A stretch of 63,939 bases of DNA, counting the filler, from Octopus bimaculoides (taxonomy: Eukaryota): assembly GCF_001194135.2 (NCBI RefSeq). It is 10 parts of 10 records of this genome, joined end to end, with 100 filler letters (N's around TTAATTAATTAA, not from the genome) between each part and the next. Parts side by side here need not be neighbours in the genome. Positions count along the whole stretch, not along the records: positions 1 to 21,230 come from NC_068996.1; 9 more parts are not named here. One strand, 5' to 3'. Of the stretch, positions 1 through 10,699 are shown piece after piece. Below the pieces are notes generated by a model. It saw nothing but the letters and a program-made list of their open reading frames with translations, was not told the origin of the DNA and did not search any database. Position 1 is the first letter of the stretch, and each line of letters begins with the position of its first letter. The translations under genes were made by a program, and so were the position numbers.

Positions 1-145
1 ATAAATTTCAATGAGTATTACTTACTCGGGTATAGTCCAACCCTTTGTCAGCTATATTTGGGCTCCATGCGATGTCTTTATTTCCGATGTTTTTGGATAA
101 GTTTCGGAGCAGTGATTTATCGTACTCACATGTTAAACTTCCCCG

Positions 146-180
146 TATTATTATTATTATTATTATTGTTATTATTATTA

Positions 181-236
<56 letters not shown>
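146..236. repeat. (ATT)n microsatellite
   Basis: Near-perfect ATT tract; source of the poly-I/poly-L/poly-N spurious ORFs at 45-362. Confidence 0.95.
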
Positions 237-237
<1 letters not shown>

Positions 238-1139
238 CCCTCCCATTGAAAGGTACCCGATTTACACCCAGCCTCTACAACATTCCTCCGCCCACCCACG
301 AAGATGCTGCAACCAGTTCCTTCCACACTCAGACATTGTTACGCAAATTTTCATTTTCCTAGAAATTGTTTCTATTTAACCTTCCACTGGGACGCAACAG
401 CATGCACACACAAGCACATACATATATCTATTGGTCAGAAGTTTATACAACTCACCTACACGCACGCACACCAGGAAGATAGTTATACACACGTATATAC
501 GTTCACACAGGCTGGCACACACACACACACACACACATATATATGCAAATAAGATTTTTTTGTTTGTCGTTATATCCATACTCACAAATTCACACGCACA
601 TATTGATACATAAATACACAGGTGAGAGTGTGCGTGCGTGTGTGTGTGTGTGTGTGTAGTGTGTGCGTATGTGCGTGTGTGTGTATGTGTCTGTGTATGT
701 GCGTGTATGAATGCATACCTATGTATATGCATACCTTTGTACGTGTAATTGATTAAATAGCTCACTTGGTTATGTTATGTATCCATTATTGTTTCTAATC
801 AAATAGATCTTATTTATTTATTTTTGTGTGTGATCTTGGACATATACACATAAAAAGACATACAGATAGCAGCCCCCCACAGCACACACAGACGCGCGCA
901 CTCAGATACATTTACCAGGGCGTTCCTCTGTCTGTGGATCCCTAGACGGTTACTTGTTGGAGGCTTTTCTGTTTCAGTAAACTACATCGCACATGTGTTC
1001 ACATATTTTGTAAATTATGTGTAAATTCTTTCTCACTTTCCCTCCTCTCCCTCATCTTTTTTTATGTAAACTCTCACAGGAACTGTAAACTATTCTTGTT
1101 ATATTCCCTGATCTGACTGCCCAAGTGGCATATAATAGA

Positions 1140-1450
1140 AAACATCATCATCATCATCGTCATCATCTTCATTATTCAAAAGAGTAAAGACCCCCTTTGG
1201 TCCTGAATGACCATGGGATTGAACCTAGAAAGTTCTCCTCTGAGGCACAATTCCAGGCAAGGTTGTTTATGGGAGACCAGCAGTCGCCCATGCATACCAG
1301 CCTCCCCTATCCATGCCACTGATGTTATCCAAGGGAAAGGCAAAGGCTGATACAGTTTGGCACCAGTGACATCGCAACTCATTTCTACAGCTGAGTGAAC
1401 TAGAACAACGTGAAATAAAGTGTCTTGCTCAAGAACACAACACACAGCCC
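1140..1450 (-). mobile_element. SINE-like element, head missing, (GAT)n tail
   Basis: Minus strand reads TGTGTTGTGTTCTTGAGCAAGACACTTTATTTCAC, resembling the conserved post-tRNA core of many metazoan SINEs, and ends in a GAT-repeat tail at 1142-1175. Confidence 0.65.
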
Positions 1451-1624
1451 ATGTTTGTTATAATCACACGCCGAGACACACCCAGCGTTCTAGCGCGTGT
1501 GAAAGATAAGAGATTTTACAGTATGACTGAAAGCTTGGAGAGGGCAAGTTGCAGGGGCAGTAACGAAATATCTTCATGTAATACAACACAGACATCATCA
1601 TCGTCGTTTAACGTCCGCTTTCCA

Positions 1625-2135
1625 TAGGGGATGTGGGCAGTACTTGTCAGCACAATCTTTTGCCTTTCTCTGAGACATGGTTCTTCTGGGATATTATCTA
1701 GATGTTTCTGACATCCCTTTTTCATCATACCAAGAGCACCCACAATAACAGGAACAGTTCTCGCTTTAAGATGCCACATTTTTTTGTATTTCAAGTTCCA
1801 GGTCCTTATATTTACTTGATTTGTTAAATTCCTTGACAGATATATTTTTATCAATAGGAATACTTACATCTATCTTCTCTGTCTTCAATGACTGTGCGGT
1901 CGATTAGCCCGAATCGTTCTGTCGGTACTGACTGGAAAATCCCAGAGGAGAGTGACATTTTTACCTTCAACGACTGGCTCAAGATAATGTTCATATCAGT
2001 AAGCAGGAACGCTGATTTTGTAGTGTTTACGTATTTTCCAATATACATAATGTCCTACCCTATCGTGGCAATTTTTGTATTTGTCTGGTATCAGCACAGG
2101 ACATTCCGAGATGAGATGGTCTATTGTTTCACCAA
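1625..2135 (-). mobile_element. R4/Dong-clade non-LTR retrotransposon 3' relic (lineage D)
   Basis: Broken frames give GETIDHLISECPVL..HDRVGHYVYWK (CCHC finger end), VTLLWDFPVSTDRTIRANRP (REL nuclease PD motif) and KKMWHLKARTVPVIVGALGMMKK..IVLTSTAHIP (R4-type C-terminus). Capped at 1593-1625 by an RTE-type (GAT)n tail. Confidence 0.85.
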
Positions 2136-2166
<31 letters not shown>

Positions 2167-2891
2167 GTTCAGTAGTTTTATTTTTATAACGTGCTTTCAC
2201 TTCACTACCGAGCGCAGCTCTGTGCGCCTTGGGTATGTGCTGTGGTTTGCTGTGGTGCTCTTATGGTTACTGTATTGAAAGTGTTTTGCGTAGGATGTGT
2301 GCAGTGCCCAGTAGTGCAATTTTCTGTATGTTATATATACTTGTAAGTCCTGGTGTTTTTGTTATGTATTTGTCTGAATATTTTTTTATTATACCTAATG
2401 CACCCACTATGATANNNNNNNNNNNNNNNNNNNNNNNNNNNNNNNNNNNNNNNNNNNNNNNNNNNNNNNNNNNNNNNNNNNNNNNNNNNNNNNNNNNNNN
2501 NNNNNNNNNNNNNNNNNNNNNNNNNNNNNNNNNNNNNNNNNNNNNNNNNNNNNNNNNNNNNNNNNNNNNNNNNNNNNNNNNNNNNNNNNNNNNNNNNNNN
2601 NNNNNNNNNNNNNNNNNNNNNNNNNNNNNNNNNNNNNNNNNNNNNNNNNNNNNNNNNNNNNNNNNNNNNNNNNNNNNNNNNNNNNNNNNNNNNNNNNNNN
2701 NNNNNNNNNNNTATTCCATAATGTTGGCATAGCTTCCAGTGTATATAGGTCCCAGCTCTGTCGTGTCTGTGAATATATTCCTTCTTAGCCAGGACTGGGC
2801 AGCCAGAGATAATATGATTTATTGTTTCTTGTCGATCTCCACATATTCTACAGTTACTTGTTATATTTCTTTTCATTATGTGTTTTTGGTA
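2167..2891 (-). mobile_element. R4/Dong-clade retrotransposon, 5'-truncated (lineage A copy 1)
   Basis: NCRICGDRQETINHIISGCPVLAKKEYIHRHDRAGTYIHWKLC (C-x2-C-x7-H-x4-C), N gap 2416-2711, then IIVGALGIIKK..IQKIALLGTAHILRKTLSIQ*, ~110 nt 3' UTR; (AAT)n on both sides. Confidence 0.92.
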
Positions 2892-2954
<63 letters not shown>

Positions 2955-3512
2955 GAGTGAGTGAGTGAGAGAGTGGCACATACCATCAAAGTGACACTGG
3001 GATACAAATATACGAAGGCCAATACGACACTCAGTGTATACCCATCTTGACTACCCGTTTGATAAGGGTACACCAGGCACATGCATCACAACCATATGTG
3101 CGTGACATGGTGATCTCATATCAAGATAGACAGCACATGACCTTGTAGGTGGGGCCCAGTTAGAATTTTCTTCAGGTCGAGTAGACCATCCCACTCCAAA
3201 GGTCCCTGAATAAGGTTTGTCTAAGGTCGATGAACAAAACACCCATGTTTACAAAGGTGAATTATTCAAACCCCAAAGAATTCCTCTCAACACATGTTTA
3301 TGATGCTCCCCCACTACTTCTGCTCATGATCAGAGATGCACATATCGTCAGCCACCAAGGGACATGCTCAACTAAGGTCAAACAACTGACAAGAAAATTT
3401 GTGGTATTAAGCAGAATATTTGATGTAGACCATCTTTTATACCAAGACAAAATTATATACATGATAACACTTCCAATCAGTTAAGATCAGAAGCCATGAG
3501 AGCCACTGCCTG
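2955..3512 (-). mobile_element. Unclassified ~560 bp non-coding interspersed element 'X' with (AAT)n tail
   Basis: Second copy at 15715-16130 in opposite orientation and a 3'-end fragment at ~3540-3600; ends ..CCCAGTGTCACTTTGA..CTCTCTCACTC followed by AAT repeats; no coding signature. Confidence 0.8.
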
Positions 3513-3609
3513 ATTGTTATTATTATTATTGTTATTATTGAGCGAGAGAAGAGCGTCTGTCGTCAAAGTGACTCTGGTGTACAAATATATGCATATCAGA
3601 AGCCAAGAG

Positions 3610-3930
3610 GTCAAGTCCTTTAGGTGCTGATAAAATAAGTACCAGTTTGACACTGGTGCTGATGTAATCGATTTATCCCCTCCCCTAAAATTACTGACCG
3701 TGTGCCATGGCGAGTTGCCAGAATCATTAGCGCGTCAAACAAAATGCTTAGTGGCATTTCTTCCGGCTCTTTACGTTCGGAGTTCAAATACAGCCGAAGT
3801 CGACTTTGCTTTTCATCTTTCTGGAGTCGTTAAAATATGAACCAGTTTAACACTGGGATTGATGTAATTGACTAACGCCCGCCCCAACAAATTTCAGTTC
3901 CTGTATCTATAGAAAGGATTATTATCATTG
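3610..3930 (+). mobile_element. tRNA-headed SINE family 1 (Nin/Deu-like core), partial plus full copy
   Basis: Matches the window consensus GGCGAGCTGGCAGAA..GAGTTCAAATTCC..GACTTTGCCTTTCATCCTTTCGGGGTCGATAAAATAAGTACCAG..(ATT)n. Confidence 0.8.
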
Positions 3931-4094
3931 ATATTGCTAAGGAATTAGAAAAAATCCACATAGGCTCTTCCCTTCAGCGAAGTAAAATAAATAAGCCAAT
4001 ATACACGATACATGAAAAAGTAAAAGATAACCGGATCATTAATGAACATAACAGTTAATTGTTGCTAAGGAACGATCCGGTTTTCTTTTACTTT

Positions 4095-4465
4095 TCAACT
4101 ACATGGTTCCGGGGTCAGTCCTACTTCGTGGCACCTTGAGTAAGTGTATTCTACTATAGCTTCGGGTCGACCAAAGCCTTGTGAGCGGATTTGGTAGACA
4201 GAAACTGAAAGAAGCCCGTAGTATATATATTTATATATTTGTGGTGTATGTGTTTCTTTGTTTATTCCCCACCACCGCTTGACAACCGGTGTTGGTGTGT
4301 TTACGCCCCCATAACTTAATGGTTCGGCAAAAAAAGACCGATGGAATAAGCACCAGACTTTTAAAAAATAAATCCTGGGGTCGATTTGTTCGACTAAAAC
4401 CCTTCAATGTAGTGAGTGCTCCGACATGGTCGCAGTCTAATGATGAAGCAAGTAAAAGAATAAAA
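4095..4465 (+). mobile_element. SINE family 2 (internal microsatellite), degenerate head
   Basis: AAAGCCTTGTGAGCGGATTTGGTAGACAGAAACTGAAAGAAGCCCG - simple repeat - CCACCACCGCTTGACAACCGG..CATGGTCGCAGTC; homologous to 9330-9790. Confidence 0.8.
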
Positions 4466-4479
4466 CGAGCCATAATCAA

Positions 4480-5294
4480 CACCAAACTGGATGCTGGAAG
4501 GACAAACCAGCCTAATTCCCCAAAACAAAGACACCGTTCACCCATAAAATTATAGGTCAATAACATGCCTATCAACAATCTACAAAACCCTCACATCAGT
4601 CATCTATAACCGACCTATAATACACCTAGCTGCTTACTGATAGACATTGCAGTCCCTTCTGACAAAACAATGTCCAAAAAGAAGTGGAGAAATTGTCGAA
4701 GTGCAAAGAAATATTCAAGATGTGGGGCATGATGGTGAAAACAATACCAGTAACAATTGGAACATTGGGCATGATAAAAAAAACGTAGAAACTATACCTG
4801 AGCCCTCAACACTACACACTATCCAATAATAGCCCTGCTAGGAACAGCCTACATCCCACGCAAGTCGCTATCAATTATTAATACAACGCAAGCAAAACAA
4901 TCCACAAAGACAAGACACATATCTAATAAAATAAACCATCACCAGCAGGCTAGATACTCAACAGTAGAACATAACTCGCATTATACACACAACGCACAGT
5001 ACAAACACAAATATAACAGAATATTCCAACCAAACCCAGTAACAAAAGAAACTGGAAGAGTTTGCACTCCCCAGCAACAAAAAAGAACATACACTGCTGC
5101 ACATACCCTAGCAACACAGAGGTGTAGCAGGTGATGCAGTAGAAATTTGCCTGAAACTACAAAATGTTGAATAATGAACAATCTGATGTGTTTATTTTAA
5201 TGGCCTACCACTGTATACAGTACGTTTCTCAGCCCTAGGTGTCAGGAACGCACTTGGCAAGAAATGGAAACAGAATTGAAAGAAGATGCTAATG

Positions 5295-5295
<1 letters not shown>
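4480..5295 (+). mobile_element. R4/Dong-clade 3' relic (lineage B) with long 3' UTR and (AAT)n tail
   Basis: Frameshifted CLLIDIAVPSDK..EVEKLSKCKEI..KMWGMMVKTIPVTIGTLGMIKK..IALLGTAYIPRK; ends GAAAGAAGATGCT(AAT)n at ~5295-5328. Confidence 0.75.
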
Positions 5296-5327
<32 letters not shown>

Positions 5328-5329
<2 letters not shown>

Positions 5330-5525
5330 CCTTTCTACTATAGGCACAAGGCGGGGATGGGTTACTAGTCGATTACATTGACTCCAGTGTACTTAATTTA
5401 TCGACCGACTCCGAAACGGTGAAAGGCAAAATCGATCTCGGCGGAATTTGAACTCAGAACGTAGTGACTGGTGAAATACCGCTAAGCATTTCGTCCAGTG
5501 TGCTAACGATTCTGCCAGCTCTCGG
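5328..5525 (-). mobile_element. SINE family 1 copy
   Basis: Reverse complement of the family consensus including A/B-box-like motifs; tail merges with (AAT)n at 5295-5328. Confidence 0.88.
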
Positions 5526-5526
5526 A

Positions 5527-6044
5527 TAATAACATGTCCCAATCGACATAAACGTATCTGTCAATACCTACTAAAAAACTGAGCAAATATAAAGACCTTG
5601 AAATCGAAATTGGTAAAAGGTGGAACCTCAAGACTAAAACAATATCTGCTGGCATAGATGCTCTAGGAATGATAGCAATAGGGACTGACTGCTACCTAGC
5701 TCAGATACAAGGAGCTCATGGGAACTGTTCATATCCTAAGAAAAATATTATGTATGTAATCCCCAAAACATTTTAATCTGTGAACATTATCAAAAGTACT
5801 TTTAAATGTACATAATAGCAAACACCTTTTACTGTCATTTTAAGATCACACTATCATCTTATCACCAAACTACTTTGAAAACAAACTTATAATTTTCTTA
5901 TGTTTTAACAGATATTCTCTAGAGCAAAACCTAAAATATAGTACCCTAGTCTATATACCGATTTGAACTTCTGACTTGTCTTTTGCGGTCTGTGAGTGAC
6001 TTGGAGGCAACTAATACAAACACAAAACAAAAGCCAAACATATA
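5527..6044 (+). mobile_element. R4/Dong-clade 3' relic (lineage C)
   Basis: KLSKYKDLEIEIGKRWNLKTKTIS..DALGMIA..MGTVHILRKIL, then 3' UTR and (AAT)n at 6044-6066. Confidence 0.8.
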
Positions 6045-6065
6045 ATAATAATAATAATAATAATA

Positions 6066-6283
6066 ATCCTTTCTACTACTATTGGCATAAAGCTTGAAAC
6101 TTTGGAGGAGGGGGATAATCGATTACATTGAGACCAATACGTAACTGGTATTTATTTCATCGACCCCGAAAGGATAAAAGGGAAAATCGACCTCGACGGA
6201 ATTTGAACTCAGAATGTAAGGACGGACGAAATGCCGCTAAGCATTTTGCCGGGCGTGCTATCGATTCTGCATAATAATAATGG

Positions 6284-6315
<32 letters not shown>

Positions 6316-6343
6316 GTGGTGATGGTGGTGGTGGTGGTGGTGG

Positions 6344-6383
<40 letters not shown>

Positions 6384-6470
6384 CCTTTCTACTAAAAGCA
6401 CAAGACCTGGAATTTGTGGAGAGAGGACGAGTCGATTATATCGACTCCAGTGTTTCAATGGTACTTAATA
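6066..6470 (-). mobile_element. SINE family 1 copies (6066-6270 full; 6383-6470 partial) around a (GAT/GGT)n tract
   Basis: Consensus matches; (GAT)n/(GGT)n at 6280-6383. Confidence 0.85.
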
Positions 6471-7547
6471 TATCGGACTGAAAAAACCATGCCTTCTCTC
6501 CTTAGCTGTCTGTAATTTTTAGTGCTCCATGTAAATGTGTTCTNNNNNNNNNNNNNNNNNNNNNNNNNNNNNNNNNNNNNNNNNNNNNNNNNNNNNNNNN
6601 NNNNNNNNNNNNNNNNNNNNNNNNNNNNNNNNNNNNNNNNNNNNNNNNNNNNNNNNNNNNNNNNNNNNNNNNNNNNNNNNNNNNNNNNNNNNNNNNNNNN
6701 NNNNNNNNNNNNNNNNNNNNNNNNNNNNNNNNNNNNNNNNNNNNNNNNNNNNNNNNNNNNNNNNNNNNNNNNNNNNNNNNNNNNNNNNNNNNNATATATA
6801 TGTATATATATATCATATATATCAAGTTCTAACATGCTTATTTGCATCACTCTCTTTCTCTTTCTCTCTCTCTTCCTCTTTTTCTCTCTCTATCTTTCTC
6901 TGCGTATATATTTTATGTATATATAAGTATATGTGTGTGTGAGGGGGGAGCGTGTATGTTGTGCAAATACAATGAGTAATAATCAAAGACAAGAGTTGGA
7001 GAAACAGGATGCAACAAATACAATATTATGGAAAGGGAGAGTGTCTTAAAGTCTCAGACGTATGTTCTTCAGCGAAAAAAAAAGTGAAAAGCTTAAAGGG
7101 AGTGAGAAAGAGAAATATTCTTTGAGGGGGAACAGAGAAAAAGGAAAAACGATGAGGTATGGGTTCTCTGAAGAGAAAGATGTCAACGAAAAATGAAAAA
7201 ATTACTTTTAATCACAAAACTCTGGTAAAAAGCCCGGGAATTTTTGATGGAGTCGCCAAAGGATGGTAAGAAACTGGTTAAATCCACGGAGAGAAGTGAT
7301 GAAACTATTTTTTCTTTTGTTCATTGTATCTACGCCATATATTTAATGTTGGTTCGCGCGCGCGCGCATACACACCATGTATGTATGTATGTGTGTGTAT
7401 GTATGTATGTATGTATGTATGTACGTATGTATGCGTTTGTGTATGTGTGTATGTATGTATGTATGTATGTATGCATGTATGTATGTATGCGTATGTGTGT
7501 GTGTAGGAATTTATGTATGTATATATGCACACACTACTAAGGAGAGC

Positions 7548-7990
7548 GCAAGTTAGGTGTATAGGCCACCTTGTTCAAATGCCTGACATGCGGTTCCCAA
7601 GAGATTGTTTTACAGTGAACTGACGAGAGGCAAGCACACGCAAGGTGGACGGAAGAAGCGCTTTAAGGACACACCCAAAGCCTCACTGCTGAGCTTTGAG
7701 ATCAACCCCCGACACCTGGGAAATGCAAGCACAAGACCACCCTGCCTGGTGAAGTTGCATCTACAGTAGTGTTACCTCCTACAAACAGAATAGGATTGCA
7801 GGAACACAAAGAAAACGTGAACAGCGCAGGAGTAGAGTCAACTCTTTGCCTTCAAGTTCTATCAGACACCAATGCTCAATCTTCGGTAGAGCTTTCCGTA
7901 CACGCATTGGACTGATCGGCTGCAGCCAGACACACCGAGCACTGTCTTTTTCTCCAATGCGATGTCCTCAGACATCGTCGACAATGACGG
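7548..7990 (+). mobile_element. RTE-clade LINE 3' fragment
   Basis: Frameshifted RAQVRCIGHLVQMPDMRF..RLFYSELTRGKHTQGGRKKRFKDTPKASL..TWEMQAQDHPAW..QCSIFGRAFRTRIGLIG, the typical RTE C-terminus with a degenerate C2H2-like end. Confidence 0.88.
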
Positions 7991-8004
7991 ACGATTTAGT
8001 AATA

Positions 8005-8215
8005 ATCCTTTCTGTTATAGGCACAAGGCTGAAATTTGTCGGGAGGGGGATAGTCAATCACATCGACCCCAGTACTTGACTGGTCCTTGATTTATCGACC
8101 CCGAAAGGATGAAAGGCAAATTCGACCTCGGCGGAATTTGAACCCAGAACGTAAAAGCATGAAATGCCGCTAAGTATTTTGCCTGACATGCTAACGATTC
8201 TGCCAGCTCGCCACC
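8005..8215 (-). mobile_element. SINE family 1 copy
   Basis: Full-length reverse-complement match to the family consensus. Confidence 0.9.
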
Positions 8216-8239
8216 TTAGACGAATTATTAATAATAATA

Positions 8240-8660
8240 TTGTATGTATGCCTGTATGTGTGTTTGTATGTACGTATGTGCGTATGTATATATATAGCAT
8301 CTATGTATGCATATATGTATGTATGTATGCATATATGTATGTATGCATGTATGTATGTATGTAAGTATATATTAATGTATGTATGTATGTAATTATATAT
8401 ATGAATGTATGTATATATGAATGTATGTATGTATGTATGTAAGTATATATGAATGTATGTATGTCAGTGTATATGTATGTATGTGTGTATGTATTTATGT
8501 ATGTATGTGTGTATGTATGTGTGTGCGTGTGTGTGTGTATGTATGTATGTATGCGTGCATGTATGTATGTATATATAAATGTATGTGTCTGTGTGTATGT
8601 ATGTATATATGTGTCTGTATGTATGTATGTATGTATGTATGCATGCATGCATGTATGGAC
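8240..8660. repeat. (TATG)n/(TG)n compound microsatellite
   Basis: Direct inspection; similar tracts at 7375-7530, 22995-23260, 27950-28060, 52236-52512 and 57485-57880. Confidence 0.95.
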
Positions 8661-9141
8661 TCCTTTCTAAATAGAAAATTTTATTTGCGTCTTTCAAAAC
8701 GAAAATTCCAAAAACCTACTCACTAACAAACAGGACAAGTCTTTCTAGTTTGAGTCAAAATACTTTCTGGTATTATTTGTGTATTTACGTATGGTGCCTA
8801 TGTATGAGTATATGCGCGCATGTAAACGCACATATATCTATATACATATAAGTGTCTGTGTCGTGTGTGTGTGTGTGTGTGTGTATGTGCGTACGTATAT
8901 ATCTACACAGACACCCAAGCACATGTGCGCGCGCACGCACACACACAGGCAGACAGACAGACACACACACACACATACACAGTACAGGAATGCGTCTAAT
9001 TGCGTTAGTATGAGTGTCTGAGTATGTATATGCATAAATGAATGAAGGAAAGCATACAGCGTGTGTGTACGCGAGTTGTTTCCAGTCGAAATTGGAATAT
9101 TTGAAATAATTTGCAAATTACAATTTAACTACATGTAAACA

Positions 9142-9191
<50 letters not shown>

Positions 9192-9329
9192 CGCGTATTT
9201 GTTAATATATATGCATGTATATGTATGTATGGGTTTATGTATTTATGTTTGTATGTTTGTGTGTTTGTGTGTATGTATGTATGTATGTATGTATGTATGT
9301 ATTTATTTATTTATGCATAAAAAGGTGGT

Positions 9330-9510
9330 GGCGTGGCTGTGTGGTAAGAAGTTTGCTTCCCAACCTCACGGTTCCGCGTTCAATCCCACTGCCTGGGACC
9401 TTGGTCAAGTATCTTCAACTATAACCTCGGGCCGACTAAAGCCTTGTGAGTGGATTTGGTAGACGGCAACTGATAGAAGCCCGTCGTATGTGTGTGTGCG
9501 TGTGTGTGTG

Positions 9511-9552
<42 letters not shown>

Positions 9553-9790
9553 TGTGTGTCTGTCTGTCTGTCTGTCTGTCTATCTGTCTGTTTGTCCCCA
9601 CCACCATCGCTTGACAAACCGACCATGGTGTGTTTACGTCCTCATAACTTAGCAGTTCGGCAAAAGAGACGGATAAATTAAGTACTAGGCTTACAAAGAA
9701 TAACTCATGAAGTCTATTTGTTCGACTAAAAGCGGTGCTCCAGCATGGCCGCAGTCAAATGACTGAAATAAGTAAAAGGATTAAAGAATA
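9330..9790 (+). mobile_element. SINE family 2, near full length, internal (TG)n/(TCTG)n
   Basis: tRNA-like head GGCGTGGCTGTGTGGTAAGAAG..CGTTCAATCCC, internal microsatellite ~9490-9595, conserved tail ..GCGGTGCTCCAGCATGGCCGCAGTCAAATGACTGAAA. Confidence 0.88.
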
Positions 9791-10079
9791 AAAGAAGATA
9801 TACGATTGCATGTATATATGCATGCTTGTATTTATGCATTATCCATGTATGTATAAATATAAGTACATTTGCATGCATGTAGGCATACGCAGATGCATGT
9901 ATGAATATAGTCATGTTTGTAGGTAAGCAGATACAAAATCATATCCGTATATATTTAACTTCCCTAGGAAACTAAGCCCTATGATGAAACTAATTCTTTA
10001 TAATTCACACACCTCTCCCACACAAACTGTAAATGTGAGTAGCTGTAATTACTTATTAATGTTGTAAATAACCATACAC

Positions 10080-10380
10080 CAGCGAGCTGGCAGAATCGTT
10101 AGCACGCCGGACAAAATGCTCGACAGCATTTCGTCCGTCTTCTACGTTCTGAGTTCAAATTCCGCTGGTATCAATTTTGCTTTCATCGTTTGAGGTCAAT
10201 AAAATAAGTACCAGTTGAGAACTAGGGTCAATATAATTGACTTATACACCTCATGAAATTGTTGGCCATGTGCCAAAATTTGAAATAAATATTAATGAAA
10301 GTGACAAGGCAGCGAGCTGGCAGAATCTTTAGCAAGCCGGACAAAATGCTTAGCGGCATCTCGTCCGTCGTTACGTTCAT
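10080..10380 (+). mobile_element. SINE family 1 tandem copies (10080-10290 full, 10310-10380 head)
   Basis: Both start GCGAGCTGGCAGAATC. Confidence 0.85.
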
Positions 10381-10411
10381 GTCCGACCAAATGATTTCAG
10401 TCTCCACTGGA

Positions 10412-10467
<56 letters not shown>

Positions 10468-10699
10468 ACATGCAAACACACACATGCAAACACACACATT
10501 AGGAAAAGATGAGCTTCACCAAACTAACTCACAAGACACACGCACAGCCACACACATATCAATTCACTCGAACACACACTTTTTGACGACGACGACTATG
10601 TTTAACCCACAGACGTACTCTGATTAGATAAACCTACAGCCAAAAGCACTTCAGTTGTGACCATGCAGCTGCTTTTAGGAACATACAAGACTTGTCACT

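Noticed and set aside
3300-3430. U1-like words (AATTTGTGGTA; GTAGTGGGGG) in element X
   Set aside because: They lie on opposite strands and no other U1 features are present; chance match.
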